Source: Octopus sinensis (Eukaryota). Taken from it: 34,038 nt of DNA. Position 1 is the stretch's first letter, and the number at the start of each line of letters is the position of its first letter. Where the stretch lies: assembly GCF_006345805.1 (NCBI RefSeq), contig NW_021831733.1:1-34038 (forward strand), given 5' to 3'. The translations under genes were made by a program, and so were the position numbers. The notes beneath the pieces were generated by a model. It did no database searches, was not told where the DNA came from, and worked only from the letters and a program-made list of their open reading frames with translations. Shown piece after piece: positions 10,997 to 22,270 of this stretch.

Positions 10997-11200
10997 TAAC
11001 AGTAAGTGACTGAATTCGTATATTTGCCACTCCGGTTTTGTGTATGTGAGCCGCAAGGGCCTTCGTTTTTGGAATCTCCACTTATAGAAATGGAAAAAAC
11101 GGTCTTTGACTGCCATTTCTAATTCCTTCGGTATGAGGCGAAACAGCTTGCTGCTAGCCAACTTATTTTTCTTATATATATATATATATATATATACATA

Positions 11201-11355
11201 TATGCGACAGGCTTCTTTCAGTTTCCGTCTACCAAATCCACTCACAAGGCTTTGGTCGGCCCGAGGCTATAGTAGAAGATACTTGCCCAAGGAGCCACGC
11301 AGTGGGACTGAACCCAGAACCATGTGGTTGGTAAGCAAACTACTTAGCACACAGC
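11201..11355 (-). mobile_element. SINE family C, 5' half
   Basis: CGACAGGCTTCTTTCAGTTTCCGTCTACC...CTTGCCCAAGG...GGGACTGAACCC...CACACAGC, matching 1646-1805. Confidence 0.8.
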
Positions 11356-11621
11356 TGTATATATGTATTATTATTATTTTTATAATTTGTATATATTTAT
11401 TTTATTATAAATGCAAAACAACACCACACATTCGCCTCCTGAGTTTCGTTTTCCATACAGTATCCGTTACTCATTGTTTTCTCATCTACGGTACTTTATG
11501 TATTTCCTTTTAATATATTTTAAGTAATGTGTTATACAGTACAGTTCTGTACTCTATTTTTATTTATTAATTTATTGATTTTACCACAGACATAATTAAA
11601 ATCTAAAAAAAAATAAATACC

Positions 11622-11850
11622 TATTTCTTTACTACCCACAAGGGGCTAAACACAGAGGGGACAAACGAGGACAGACAAACGGATTAAGTCGATTAGATCT
11701 ACTCCAGTGCATAACTGGTACTTAATTCATCGACCCCGAAAGGATGAAAGGCAAAGTCGACCTCGGCGGAATTTGAACTCAGAACGTAACGGCAGACGAA
11801 ATACGGCTACGCACTTCGCCCGGCGTGCTAACGTTTCTGCCAGCTCGCCG
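11622..11850 (-). mobile_element. tRNA-derived SINE, family A (tail type 1), full length
   Basis: Minus strand CGGCGAGCTGGCAGAAACGTTAGC...GAGTTCAAATTCCGCCGAGG...GGGTAGTAAAGAAATAGG. Flanked by the direct repeat ATAAATACCTAT (11613-11624, 11861-11872). Confidence 0.9.
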
Positions 11851-11877
11851 TCTTGAAAATATAAATACCTATCGACC

Positions 11878-11991
11878 GCAGACCCCCGCGATATACCACG
11901 ATATAGTTATATTTACATATATTAGTCAGAAAAATTCATGATGTCCTGAGTGCGCTACAGGTGAACCACGATATGCCGAGGCACTACTGTA
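11878..11991 (-). mobile_element. pogo/Tigger-like terminal fragment
   Basis: Ends GAACCACGATATGCCGAGGCACTACTG+TA (reverse complement TA+CAGTAGTGCCTCGGCATATCGTGG). Confidence 0.45.
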
Positions 11992-12073
11992 ATTCATAAA
12001 GATATCCAGGCGCATGGATTTTTAATGCACGGTAATACAATATTGGTTTGAAGTTTTTGCACAAGGCCAGCAA

Positions 12074-12175
12074 TTTCGGAGAGGGGGATAATTCGGTTAC
12101 ATCAACCCGCAGTATTCAACTGGTACCAGTTGAATACTGCGGGTTAATGTAACCGAATTACCCCCTCCTCGAATT
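12074..12175. repeat. Spacer-less palindrome made from a SINE A 3' segment
   Basis: Centred on GGTACC (12122-12127). 12084-12165 is self-complementary with 2 mismatches. Confidence 0.9.
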
Positions 12176-12298
12176 TGAAACGTAAAAACGTATTGGGTGA
12201 TAATTGTATTTGAGATAGAATTTGTCTGAAAAAAGACGTGATGGTCATAAAAGGAACAGTTATGATTAATAGTATCCTTGATTATATACATATATATT

Positions 12299-12552
12299 GG
12301 AGGCGCAATGGCCCAGTGTTTAGGGAGGATTGCGGTTTCGATTCCCAGACCGGGCGTTGTGTGTGTTTATTGAGCGAAAACACCTAAAAGACCCACGAGG
12401 CTCCGGCAGGGGGGGGGGGCGACCCCTGTTGTATTCTTTCTCCCCAACTTTCTCTCACTCTGTCTTCCTCTTTCTTGAGTAACACTGGGGAAACACATAC
12501 GCCGTAGAAACCGGGCCCATGAGTCTGGCTAGGCTTGAAAAGGGCGCATAAA
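12299..12552 (+). mobile_element. tRNA-derived SINE, family B-related (internally deleted)
   Basis: GGAGGCGCAATGGCCCAGTG (A box), GGTTTCGATTCCC (B box), and the 3' end GAAACCGGGCCCATGAGTCTGGCTAGGCTTGAAAAGGGCGCAT shared with 547-797. Confidence 0.8.
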
Positions 12553-12573
12553 TAATATATATATATATATAAT

Positions 12574-12636
<63 letters not shown>

Positions 12637-13211
12637 ATTTATATAAAATTAATCAAGGGTAGAAATTGATATTTATCAATTAAAACCAGTGGTCTAGCAT
12701 ATTAAAAAAGAATCCGAAGATTAAAATATTTATATATACCAATTAAGGACTGAACACGAAAAGTGAAGTTGTAAGTACCGCATGAGTGGAAATATATATG
12801 AAAGAAGGTTTGAAAATGCAATTTTTAAACCGACTTTTTCCGGACAAAACAATCTTAAGCAAATATGTCGATACATAAATACTTGTGGAGAATCGATCTC
12901 AGATCAGCCAGTAATAAAGCCTGAAAACGGTAAGATATTGCAGTTGTTGTTAACAATATATTTGCTGCAGAGTTTGTTACAGCATAGAAATAAGAGGAAA
13001 TGCATTGTTCTGTCATACGTTACTGATTCCAGTCAGTTGGCTGTGGCCATACTGGGGCACTGCCATTATATTGAGATTAATTTTACATGAAATATGATTC
13101 CGGAACAATCTTTTCATGATGACACATGTCAGAGATATGACATCAGGTCAATATCGATAGACTTAAGGAGAGGTAGAAGGAGAAGGACTCTGACGGGCGT
13201 TTGTACAGATG

Positions 13212-13252
<41 letters not shown>

Positions 13253-13431
13253 TGATTTAGGATTGAGATGTTAACGTGTGAGACTGGACAGCAGGAAAGG
13301 TGAATTGGTGCAGACATGTGACAGATGACAATAATAATCGAAGAAAAGTAGATTGAAATTTGAGACAGATTGGAAGAGAACAAGATTGAGAAGGAAAAGA
13401 CGGACATGTTGAGTTAGAAAAAAAGAGAAGT

Positions 13432-13464
<33 letters not shown>

Positions 13465-13638
13465 AAGGAGGAGAAAGAGAGAGGGAGAGGGAGTCGGGTG
13501 GAGAGAGAGAGACGCGTGAAGAGTGAAAGGGGAGAAATAGAGGAAGATAATATGAAAGAATAATTTTGATTTGGCGAAAGAAGGAATGTGATGTTGTGGT
13601 CTTCATGGCTTTTGATAACTGATAACGAATGTATTCTC

Positions 13639-14089
13639 TTAACGCATTAGAATTTAAACCGGCCATATTTTGCCTAGATACCTTACAGGTTTTTGTCTTT
13701 AAACCAGCCATATCCAGCCTCTCCCACTTAACCTACAATGTCATTCTAAAGATAAACAATCACATCATAGAAGGCATTTAAACCGGTCATATTTTGCCAA
13801 GAGACCCTACTGGTTTTATCCAGCCTCTCCCACTTAACCTGTAATGTCATTCTAAAGATAAACAATCACATCATAGAAAGCATTTAAACCGGTCATATTT
13901 TGCCAAGATACTCAACAGGTTTTATCCAGCCATATCCAACCTCTCCTACTTAACCTGTAATATCATTCTAAAAATAAACAACCACATCATAGAAACCTCA
14001 AAGCTACCAGATAATGTATAATTCATTCAATTCAATGTACATAAATAAGCTTTATATTCTATAAAGTAATCTGAATGCTAAAGGTCTAA
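13639..14089. mobile_element. Degenerate piggyBac-like MITE with three internal ~106-124-bp tandem units
   Basis: Left end TTAA-CGCATTAGAATT and right end AATGCTAAAGGTC-TAA are degenerate versions of TTAA-CCCTTTAGCATT/AATGCTAAAGGG-TTAA. Internal units start TTTAAACCGG at 13653, 13777 and 13883. Confidence 0.55.
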
Positions 14090-14133
14090 AAATGACCCTT
14101 TTTTCTGAGTGAAATTTTATACCAGAATCGAGA

Positions 14134-14310
14134 TACAGTAATCCCTCGCCAAATCGCGATACATCTATTGCGCTTTATTATTTAAGCTAACGTCGTTTTC
14201 TCTGTGTTTTGCATTTATAATGAAATAAATATAAACAAATTATAAAAATAATAAAAAGAAAATACAGTACAGTACTGTTTTTACGCGAATTTCCACCTAT
14301 CGTGGGGGTG
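14134..14310 (+). mobile_element. pogo/Tigger-like MITE fragment
   Basis: TA+CAGTAATCCCTCGCC start like 9129. Includes CGCGAATTTCCACCTATCGTGGGG, the reverse complement of the 9170-9195 segment. Confidence 0.5.
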
Positions 14311-16328
14311 GGTATTTACAATCTAGACGTAACTTGCTGAATAACACTGAAGAGGTAAGCTTGTCTGTTGACGAGTTATCTCCCCTTGTTGGTAATAAAG
14401 TTTCATGTCTTCAGTAAAAAATAATGACCATAAGAAATAAAATTAAGTGGCTTCATTTTTTTTTAATAAACCAACAACAAGCGAAGAATTGAGCCTTCAG
14501 TTCTCCTTCACAACACTCTTCAATCCATTAACTCAATCTCTCGACCAGTGACTGTCAACCATTTTTTTAACCTATGGAACCAATTGATTCCAACTTTACT
14601 CAAGTGGACCCCACTAGCCGTTCGATGTTTAAGAGATCCTATTGCTATCAATATCTATAAAGCTGAAATGTGAAAAGTTTCTCTCATTTTGGGAGTGGAA
14701 CGGGTTAAGGGGCACTAGATGGGGTCGGATTGGCTCCAAAATTTACAGGGACATGTAAAAGAAGGCGAGGAAAGGAGTGGACTACTTTAGACACCCATAC
14801 CTCAAAAGCTGTGGTTAATAGGGCAACAAAACTTACACTTTAACAAGAGTTTGTCGTTTCTCCCTTTCGCATATCAGTCTGTCTTCCTCCATCTCTCTCT
14901 TTCCTTCCTTCCCTACACATTCCCTCTATAACAACATTTGACAGCTTCGCAGTCTCTCTGTCACTCTTTCTTCCACCACTTCTCTCACTGTACGTCTGTC
15001 TGTATCTATAGAGAGAAAGCGTTGACAGCCGCAAAAGTTTATATATTCCCACCACAGGTATTTTAGAACGGTGAATTATTATCACCCACCACCACCGCAC
15101 AAACATAACATATTATTAATCAGATATATTGTGTTAATTTATATATATGTGTGTATATAAATATATATATAATGTGTATTCATATATATATATATATGTG
15201 TATATACATGTGTGTAGACATGTATATATAATGCGTATATATGTACATATTTAATGCGTATATATATATATATATATAATATATATATATATAATGTGTG
15301 CATATGTGGTCAGATTGAGCTGAAAATATACACACCTACGTTAAAAGTGCTTGCGAGTTTGCATTGCAACTTTGAGTTTGCTCAATTGAAAGGCATAGCC
15401 TCTAAGGCAAAATTTCTCATATTTTAAAATGTGGCCCACGTAGACCCGAATGTAAACGGGTTATAATACAGAAACAAGTAAAACAATCTAATCGATAAAA
15501 TGAAGAATGCGAACGTTGATACAAATTGGATTTTTATGTAAAAAGGGGTCTAAATAGGGCTGGAAGGGGATTAAAATTTACAGGAGGGGGTAACTTGAGG
15601 TGAGAAATTGATTGGGAGACGTTATGGGGCACTACAGTGGTTGCTTTTGGACGCCTTTTGTCCGATTTAATTCAAATTTTCAATATAGTAAAGTAGAAGC
15701 AGATTTGTAATTTAAGCGCGGAAAATGGGTTCGAAATTTTCAAAATTAAAGCAAGATTTTTGAAGTTGAAAAAACTTTCTCATTTTTACGTATTTTTGCC
15801 TCTTATTTTATTTTTTTTGTTTACAATTTTCATTTTTTCTGAAAGAAATTTACAGCTGCATGTAGCCCGTGTTTAGAGCTTTTATTTGCAATTGTCAATC
15901 GTCGAAAAATTCCCAAAATAAGCACTAAATTTAACAATGAAATCCTTTTTTTCCTTATTTTTAATCGCTTAAATAGTGGCACGTCCAAAAGGCAAGTGTG
16001 CTTTCCGTTGTCACTGCCTGATATTTATGATTGATCTTTCAAAATATTTTTCTTTCTGAACTTACTCAAGATCTTTTGTTTTTTATAAATGGGAGAGAGA
16101 CAGATAGAGAAAGACAGAGATTAAGAGAGAGCGAGAGAGAGTCCAAGAGAAAGGAAGAGTAAGAGAGTGGGAAAGTGAGAGAGAAAGGAGAGAGAAACAA
16201 AGAGGGAGAATGTGGCGATAAGAAGCAGAAAGGAGGCAACAGAAAGTAGCAACCACACCCTCATTCGCTCGTAGAGCGGGTCACCTTGAGCTAGTCTTAT
16301 AATTAAACATTATTAGGAATTGTACTAT

Positions 16329-16917
16329 GGCGGCGAGCTGGCAGAAATGTCAGCACGCTGGACGAAATGCTTAGCGGTATTTCGTCTGCTGTTACGTTCA
16401 GAGTTCAAATTCCGTCGAGGTCGACTTTGCCTTTCGTCTTTTCGGGGTCGATTAAATAAGTACCAGTTACACACTGGGGTCAATATACTCGACTTAATCC
16501 GTCTGTCTGTCCTTGTTTGTCTCCTCTGTGTTTAGCACCTTGTGGGTAGTAAAGAAATGGGTATTTCGTCTGCCATTACGTTCTGAGTTCAAATTCCGCC
16601 GAGGTCGACTTTGCCTTTCATCCTTTCGGGGTCGATTAAATAAGTCCCAGTTATTCACTGGGGTCGATGTAATCGATTTAATCCATTTGTCTATTCTTGT
16701 TTGTCCTCTCTGTGTTTAGCCCCTTGTGGGTAGTAAAGGAATATGTATTTCGTCTGCCACTACGTTCTGAGTTCAAATTCCGCCGAGGTCGACTTTGCCT
16801 TTCATCTTTTCGGGGTCGATAAATTAAATACCAGTCGATTATATCGACAACTGTGGTCGATATAATCGACTCATCCCCACCTCCGCCAAGTTACACTTCT
16901 GGCAAAACTTTGAAATA
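16329..16917 (+). mobile_element. SINE family A head-to-tail trimer (full unit plus two headless units)
   Basis: Unit 1 at 16329-16560. Units 2 and 3 restart at GTATTTCGTCTG (16561, 16745). The last unit has a different tail. The whole array is flanked by ATTATTAGGAAYTGTA (16309-16324, 16918-16933). Confidence 0.9.
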
Positions 16918-17284
16918 ATTATTAGGAACTGTAGTAAAAAAAATTAAAATATTTTGAGTATTGTACAATTATAATCAATTATTTGCTCATAAGCTTTAAC
17001 AATAAAATTTTATATGGGGCTTCTAAAAGCCATATGAACCGTAGACGAACCTATAATATAGGTCTAGTTCTTGACAACCTTCTATCGACTATCAGCAGTC
17101 TCTATATGACACAACTACTTGTTCACAACACTTTGCTATCAAAACACTCTCTGTGCGGTAACTCAACTTCTTGACAAGACCTTACTACATTATTTACATT
17201 ATTTACATTTGAATTATTTAAATTATTTAGATTATTTACCTTATTTACATTTGACGGATATTTGTCCTCATCTTGTTTGTTGCT

Positions 17285-17330
17285 AGCACAACGTTTCGGC
17301 TGATATACCCTCCAGTCTTCATCAGGTGTC
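17285..17330 (-). ncRNA. Minimal Penelope-type type I hammerhead ribozyme
   Basis: GACAC-CTGATGA-A-GACTG-GAGGGTATAT-CAGCC-GAAA-CG-TT^GTGCT. Stem II 4/5 paired, stem I 3 Watson-Crick pairs plus one G-U, palindromic AACGTT in place of stem III. Confidence 0.75.
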
Positions 17331-17387
17331 TTGGGAAAATTTCGAACCTGGGTTCTCATTCTTAAGGTATTTTTCGATGTTGTTGTT

Positions 17388-17667
<280 letters not shown>

Positions 17668-17683
17668 ATTATTATTATTATTA

Positions 17684-17743
<60 letters not shown>

Positions 17744-17820
17744 TCACTGCCAGGAATCGAACTCGGAATCTTGTGGTTAGTAGCCCGCACTCTTAACCAC
17801 TACGCTATATGCCCGTGGGC

Positions 17821-18640
17821 ATTACTACCACCAACACTACCACCACAACCATCACCATCACCTTCAGTATCAAGATGACGATAAATACCATTATCACCAT
17901 CACAACCATCATCACCACAATCACCTTTATTACCGCCATTGCAACGAAAGCCACCAACACCGCTACCACCACCACTACCACCACCACTACCAATATCAGC
18001 ACCACAACCACCACCACTACCATCACCACCACCACAACCACAACCACCACTATACCACCACCACCACCACCACCACAACCACCACCATACCACCACCACC
18101 ACCTACACCACCACCACCACCACCACAACCACCACCATCACCACCACCACAACCACAACCACCACCATACCACCACCACCACCACCACCACCACCACCAC
18201 CACCATACCACCATCAGAACAACAACAACAACTGCACAATTTCTTAACGACACTCAACCGAACCATCAACACATTATTAGCTGTGGCTCCTTCACAATTT
18301 GCCCCCCCCACTCCGTTTCTCCTCCATTTGCCGTACACTCCCTGACAAACATCCTAACCCCCACCCTTTAACCACGTCGCCGCTTCATTTCTCCATACCT
18401 TGACACACCATCCAGCCACCACCTCTCCCTCCCACCCTCCTTCCACCATTTATATTACGCTAACCGCCAATCATAACTATACAACCACCACAACCACCAC
18501 CACTACCACCGCTGCCGCCGCAAACACATCATCATTATCAGCATCATCATCGCTACCACCACCACCACTACTACTTCTAGAACTACAACTATTACTATCA
18601 CCACTGCTGCTGCTGCGACTGCTGCTGCTTCCTCCATGTA
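17821..18640. repeat. (CCA/ACC)n-rich trinucleotide low-complexity region
   Basis: Degenerate CCA/CAA/CTA runs. They explain the poly-T/P/H/G/V/W ORFs. Confidence 0.9.
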
Positions 18641-19194
18641 ACGTTATGTGCAGATTTATCTGCTAAAAACGCCGCATGACGTTCAAAAGTTTCCACAATT
18701 AAGCATTAACGACTTGCTGTGTTATTTGATAAATTATTGTCATTAATTACTTTTCGAAAACTACCATTCCCTCCTCCACCACCACCACCACTATCACCAC
18801 CACCATCACCACCTACTACCGTCCACCCCCTACAACCACCATCGCCATCACCATCAACATCAGCACCAGTCATCTTGGTATTTCTGCCAGCTTGCTTCTC
18901 ACTTTTCTTTCTTTCTTTCTTTCCTTTCTGTCTTTCTTTCTTTCTTTCTCTTGCTTTCACTATTGCCTCTCTGCCTCTTCTCTTCCCGCTCCTCTTCACG
19001 CATACATACGCACCACGCACGTGCGAGCGCGCACACGCACACACACAGACACACACACACACACACACAAACGCACGCACACACTAATACATGCACAAAC
19101 ACACACAGACACACACACTCAAAAACATGCACATAAACACATACACCCAGACGTAAACCGAAGTTAAGTACCAATTGGGTGAGTCACACAGATT

Positions 19195-19370
19195 TGGAAG
19201 AAGAAAAAGATGATGATGATGACGTTGACGTTGATGATGATGATGATGAAGAAGAAGATAATGAAGAAGAGGATTATGATGACGATGATGATGATGATGC
19301 TGACGATGATGATGATGATGATGATGATGATGACGATGATGATGATGATGATAAAGAAGAAGAAGAAGAA

Positions 19371-19401
<31 letters not shown>

Positions 19402-19500
19402 GTGAAGAAGGAGAAGATGATGATAATGATGATGATGATGATGATGACGACGATGATGATGACGATGATGATTATGATGATGATGAAGAAGAAGGAGAAA
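19195..19500. repeat. (GAT)n/(GAA)n compound microsatellite
   Basis: GAT/GAC/GAA triplet runs. Confidence 0.9.
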
Positions 19501-20212
19501 GCACTATACCAAACATGCAACATTTTGACTTGACTAAAACCTGCGCCTCCCCACCCCGTTTCAACCGCCTCCCTCATATACATCTCCTCACCGCGCCACC
19601 CCTGTTTTCCTTTGCCCTCCACTCCCAGCTTGCATCTATCTTGTCTCATTTTTCCATATCTATCTCACTCACACAACAACACAGTCCGCTAGATTTCTGC
19701 CACTCGCAGAAAAACCAGACTTGCTCTATTGAAATCTATGACTCATGGAGGTCTTGGAGAAAAACGGTTAAGCTTTAGCTACGCTTATCTAGTTTCTTTT
19801 ATTTTTTTTACCATTCGTTCTTCCTCTGCTCCCATCCCAACCATTTTTGTTCTCATTCACTACTCCGTTCATTGTAGTATCCATCTATCTATTTCTGCCT
19901 GTATGTCTGTGTCTCTTTCGCTCTGCATACTTTAGAGGAAGAAAAGAGCGAAAGCAATCGAAAGGAACAGTCAATACTCTTGTTTGAATATTAACACAAA
20001 CTGTGTTCGAGGAACAATAAACGGAATATTTTATAAAAAGAGAACCAGAATTAGCCCCTAGAGTAAAGGAATTTCTAATGGGCCAGAAGGAATTTCGTAG
20101 AATCCAAATATTGATCAATCGTATTGGTACAACGCCAGGCATTTATGGGAAGAGATTTCTGTTTCATTAATGCATGTACATACATACGTACGTACATACA
20201 TACATACATACA

Positions 20213-20240
<28 letters not shown>

Positions 20241-20243
<3 letters not shown>

Positions 20244-20430
20244 TGGGTTGGTGCATAATTATTGCGGCTTTTTTTTTTCAACAAATTTCAACAAAAAAAT
20301 AACAGTTTTTAACTAAAACATCTTTAAATAACGGTCTGACTATCTGCCAAGCAAATGGGAAGCAGTAATTGAAGTAGATGGTGAATATGCTCCGGAATAA
20401 TCGTTTAAAGATGTTTTTGTTACATGTTGT
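20241..20430 (+). mobile_element. Internally deleted mariner element (left TIR joined to transposase C-terminus)
   Basis: TA+TTGGGTTGGTGCATAATTATTGCGGC is a mariner-type TIR. 20338-20400 encodes DYLPSKWEAVIEVDGEYAPE*, matching the mariner C-terminal LPxxWxxVIExDGEY motif. No right TIR seen. Confidence 0.75.
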
Positions 20431-21059
20431 TATTGTTTTTGTTGGTGAAAGGTGAGCGCAAAGACAAACAAAAGTAAAAACTCATATAAGCCTTGGGAAA
20501 AAGAAAGTCTAATCAGTCTTTAAGCTCTATATAAACGGCACCTGCTGGCACTGAGGCACTGAGACACTGGGACAGATTGTTGATTTGCTCATTACAAGTT
20601 CCTTATCAATGGTCCCTATTTTACTGATCCCTCTCTCGAGGAAACTGCTCCAAGAGGGCAAACACTTCATTCGGGATTACCAAGGGTGTAAGACCAGGTC
20701 ACAAAACATACTAACTCTGCCTTGGAATTATACGAATTTTGAACGTATTGCTTAAAAAAAAAAAGAGAATAAAAAGCTATACGTAGAGAAAGTACGGACA
20801 GCAGCAACTGGACAGCAGCCTTTATTTGAATATGGTCTAAAAGATGGTAAGACATCTGACTTGGTTACAACTAACACAGAATCAAAGAAACGTGTGCCAG
20901 TACGCTGCACCGATGCAAACAGCCGATAGTCTAGTGTGGTCGCCCTAGACGCCTTCACAAGTGTCAGACAAGTGTCCACTTCGGACATCTCATACGCCAG
21001 AGGCCCTGTAACATTCCATTTGAACAAAAACCGAAATATACCTGAGAGATCTAGTTTCA

Positions 21060-21400
21060 TGTAATCAAAAAATATGCTTGGCACTAACAGAAACGCTTCT
21101 GTTTATGGACATCGAAATGATATGGGAGAAAGAACTCACGGTGAAGTTGCAGTGTACATCGGAAAAGATGTCACACCTGTAATCTTGCTGTCACATTCAA
21201 ACTCTAAGTTGCCTCTGTTCCTAAATGGTAAAATGTACAATGGCCCATTTGATGCCTAAAATGGTGGGAATTCATTCGAAGAGAGCATCAAAATGACCGA
21301 AGAAGTATTAACCAACCTAGATGATAGTTTCTAGATACTTCTTTTAGGAAGTACATTGACCTTCTGCTGACCAATATCCCAGATGAACCTACTTCACACC
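21060..21400 (+). pseudogene. Old LINE APE-endonuclease remnant
   Basis: Frameshifted motifs in the expected APE order: NQKICLALTETL (21063), RNDMGERTHGEVAVYIGKD, and FEESIKMTEEVLTNLDDSF*ILLLG (degenerate GDFN region). Confidence 0.55.
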
Positions 21401-21499
21401 AAGGAACTCAAACGAAGGTAGCAATATCAAGCTTCCGCATTCATCTAAAACCAACCACATACGAATGGTTATTGAAGAGCTGATGATACTGACCGTCCT

Positions 21500-21645
21500 A
21501 ACTTTGAGTTCAAATTCCGCCGAGGACGACTTTGCATTTCATCTTTTCGGGATCGATAAAATAAGAACCATTTCAACACTGAGGTCGATGTAATCGACTT
21601 ACTCCGCCTCCAGAATTGCTAGCCTTGTGTCAAAATATGAAACCA
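21500..21645 (+). mobile_element. SINE family A fragment (headless, tail type 2)
   Basis: TTGAGTTCAAATTCCGCCGAGG...GGTCGATGTAATCGAC...GCCTTGTG. Confidence 0.75.
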
Positions 21646-21944
21646 ATATTACTATGCCGTCCTTGTTTCTGTTGTTGCTCTTGTTGCTGTTTAAATGGAC
21701 TTAGGCCAAGATAAAGCAGGCCCTTATACGACGGAGCTGGTTAAAAGACTACATCTGACTAACACATTCCGGAAGTCAGATATGCTGACTTCACCATCGT
21801 ATCTTTTCCCGAGGCATAGCACATGCAGAAATACATTATCCTAAACATGTGTACAACCTTTATTTAAAGATGTCACCATGAGGTAGATTTGGTTATTATT
21901 TCTAGTTGGCCGAGCGATCATGTAGACACACACACACACACACG

Positions 21945-21978
<34 letters not shown>

Positions 21979-22041
21979 ACTCTCTCTCTCTTTCTCTCTT
22001 TGACTTGTTGTTATGATAAAGGTATTTTTCTGGCCGTGAAA

Positions 22042-22270
22042 GCGGCGAGCTGGCAGAAACGTTAGCACGCCGGGCGAAATACTTTGCGGTATTTCGTCTG
22101 CCGCTACGTTCTGAGTTCAAATTCCGCCGAGGTCGACTTTGCCTTTCATCCTTTCGGAGTCGATAAATTAAGTACCAGTTACGCACTGGTGTCGATATAA
22201 TCGACTCAATCCGTTTGTCTGTCCTTGTTTGTCCTCTCTGTGTTTAGTCCGTTGTGGGCAGTAAAGAAAT
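22042..22270 (+). mobile_element. SINE family A (tail type 1), full length
   Basis: GCGGCGAGCTGGCAGAAACGTTAGC...GTAAAGAAAT. Flanked by AGGTATTTYTCTGGCC (22020-22035, 22271-22286). Confidence 0.9.

Larger units (their letters stand above)
9539..11173. mobile_element. Hammerhead-containing concatemer of a ~554-bp unit (retrozyme-like / non-autonomous Penelope-like): one inverted unit (9539-10100) plus ~1.94 direct units (10096-11173)
   Basis: 10098-10650 repeats at 10651-11173. 9539-10100 is the reverse complement of a circularly permuted unit. The copies differ at only a handful of positions. Flanked by (TA)n on both sides, with one HHR per unit. Confidence 0.9.

Noticed and set aside
9679-11245. 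Repeated 66-109-aa ORFs (MAVKDRFFHFYKWRFQKRR...) in the concatemer
   Set aside because: They are antisense to the hammerhead strand, have no recognisable domain, differ in starts and stops between copies, and recur only because the unit is repeated.
12782-13090. 102-aa non-repetitive ORF
   Set aside because: No recognisable motif and no flanking exon evidence. The length is compatible with chance.
14345-14420. CTGAAGA-CAT-GAAA on the minus strand and CTGAAGA on the plus strand
   Set aside because: No room for stem II and no supporting stems.
16329-16917. Regularly spaced repeats as a CRISPR-like array
   Set aside because: The units are ~185-230-bp SINE copies without unique spacers, in eukaryotic DNA.
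17740-17820. Functional tRNA gene
   Set aside because: The A and B boxes are present but the acceptor stem does not close and the sequence runs into a SINE body. The same holds for the other tRNA-like heads.
17800-18666. Poly-Thr/Pro/His/Gly ORFs resembling mucins or extensins
   Set aside because: They are open in several frames on both strands because of (CCA)n repeats, which is typical of low-complexity DNA.
19179-19778. 199-aa Asp/Glu-rich ORF
   Set aside because: A translation of a GAT/GAA microsatellite with no supporting splice structure or domain.
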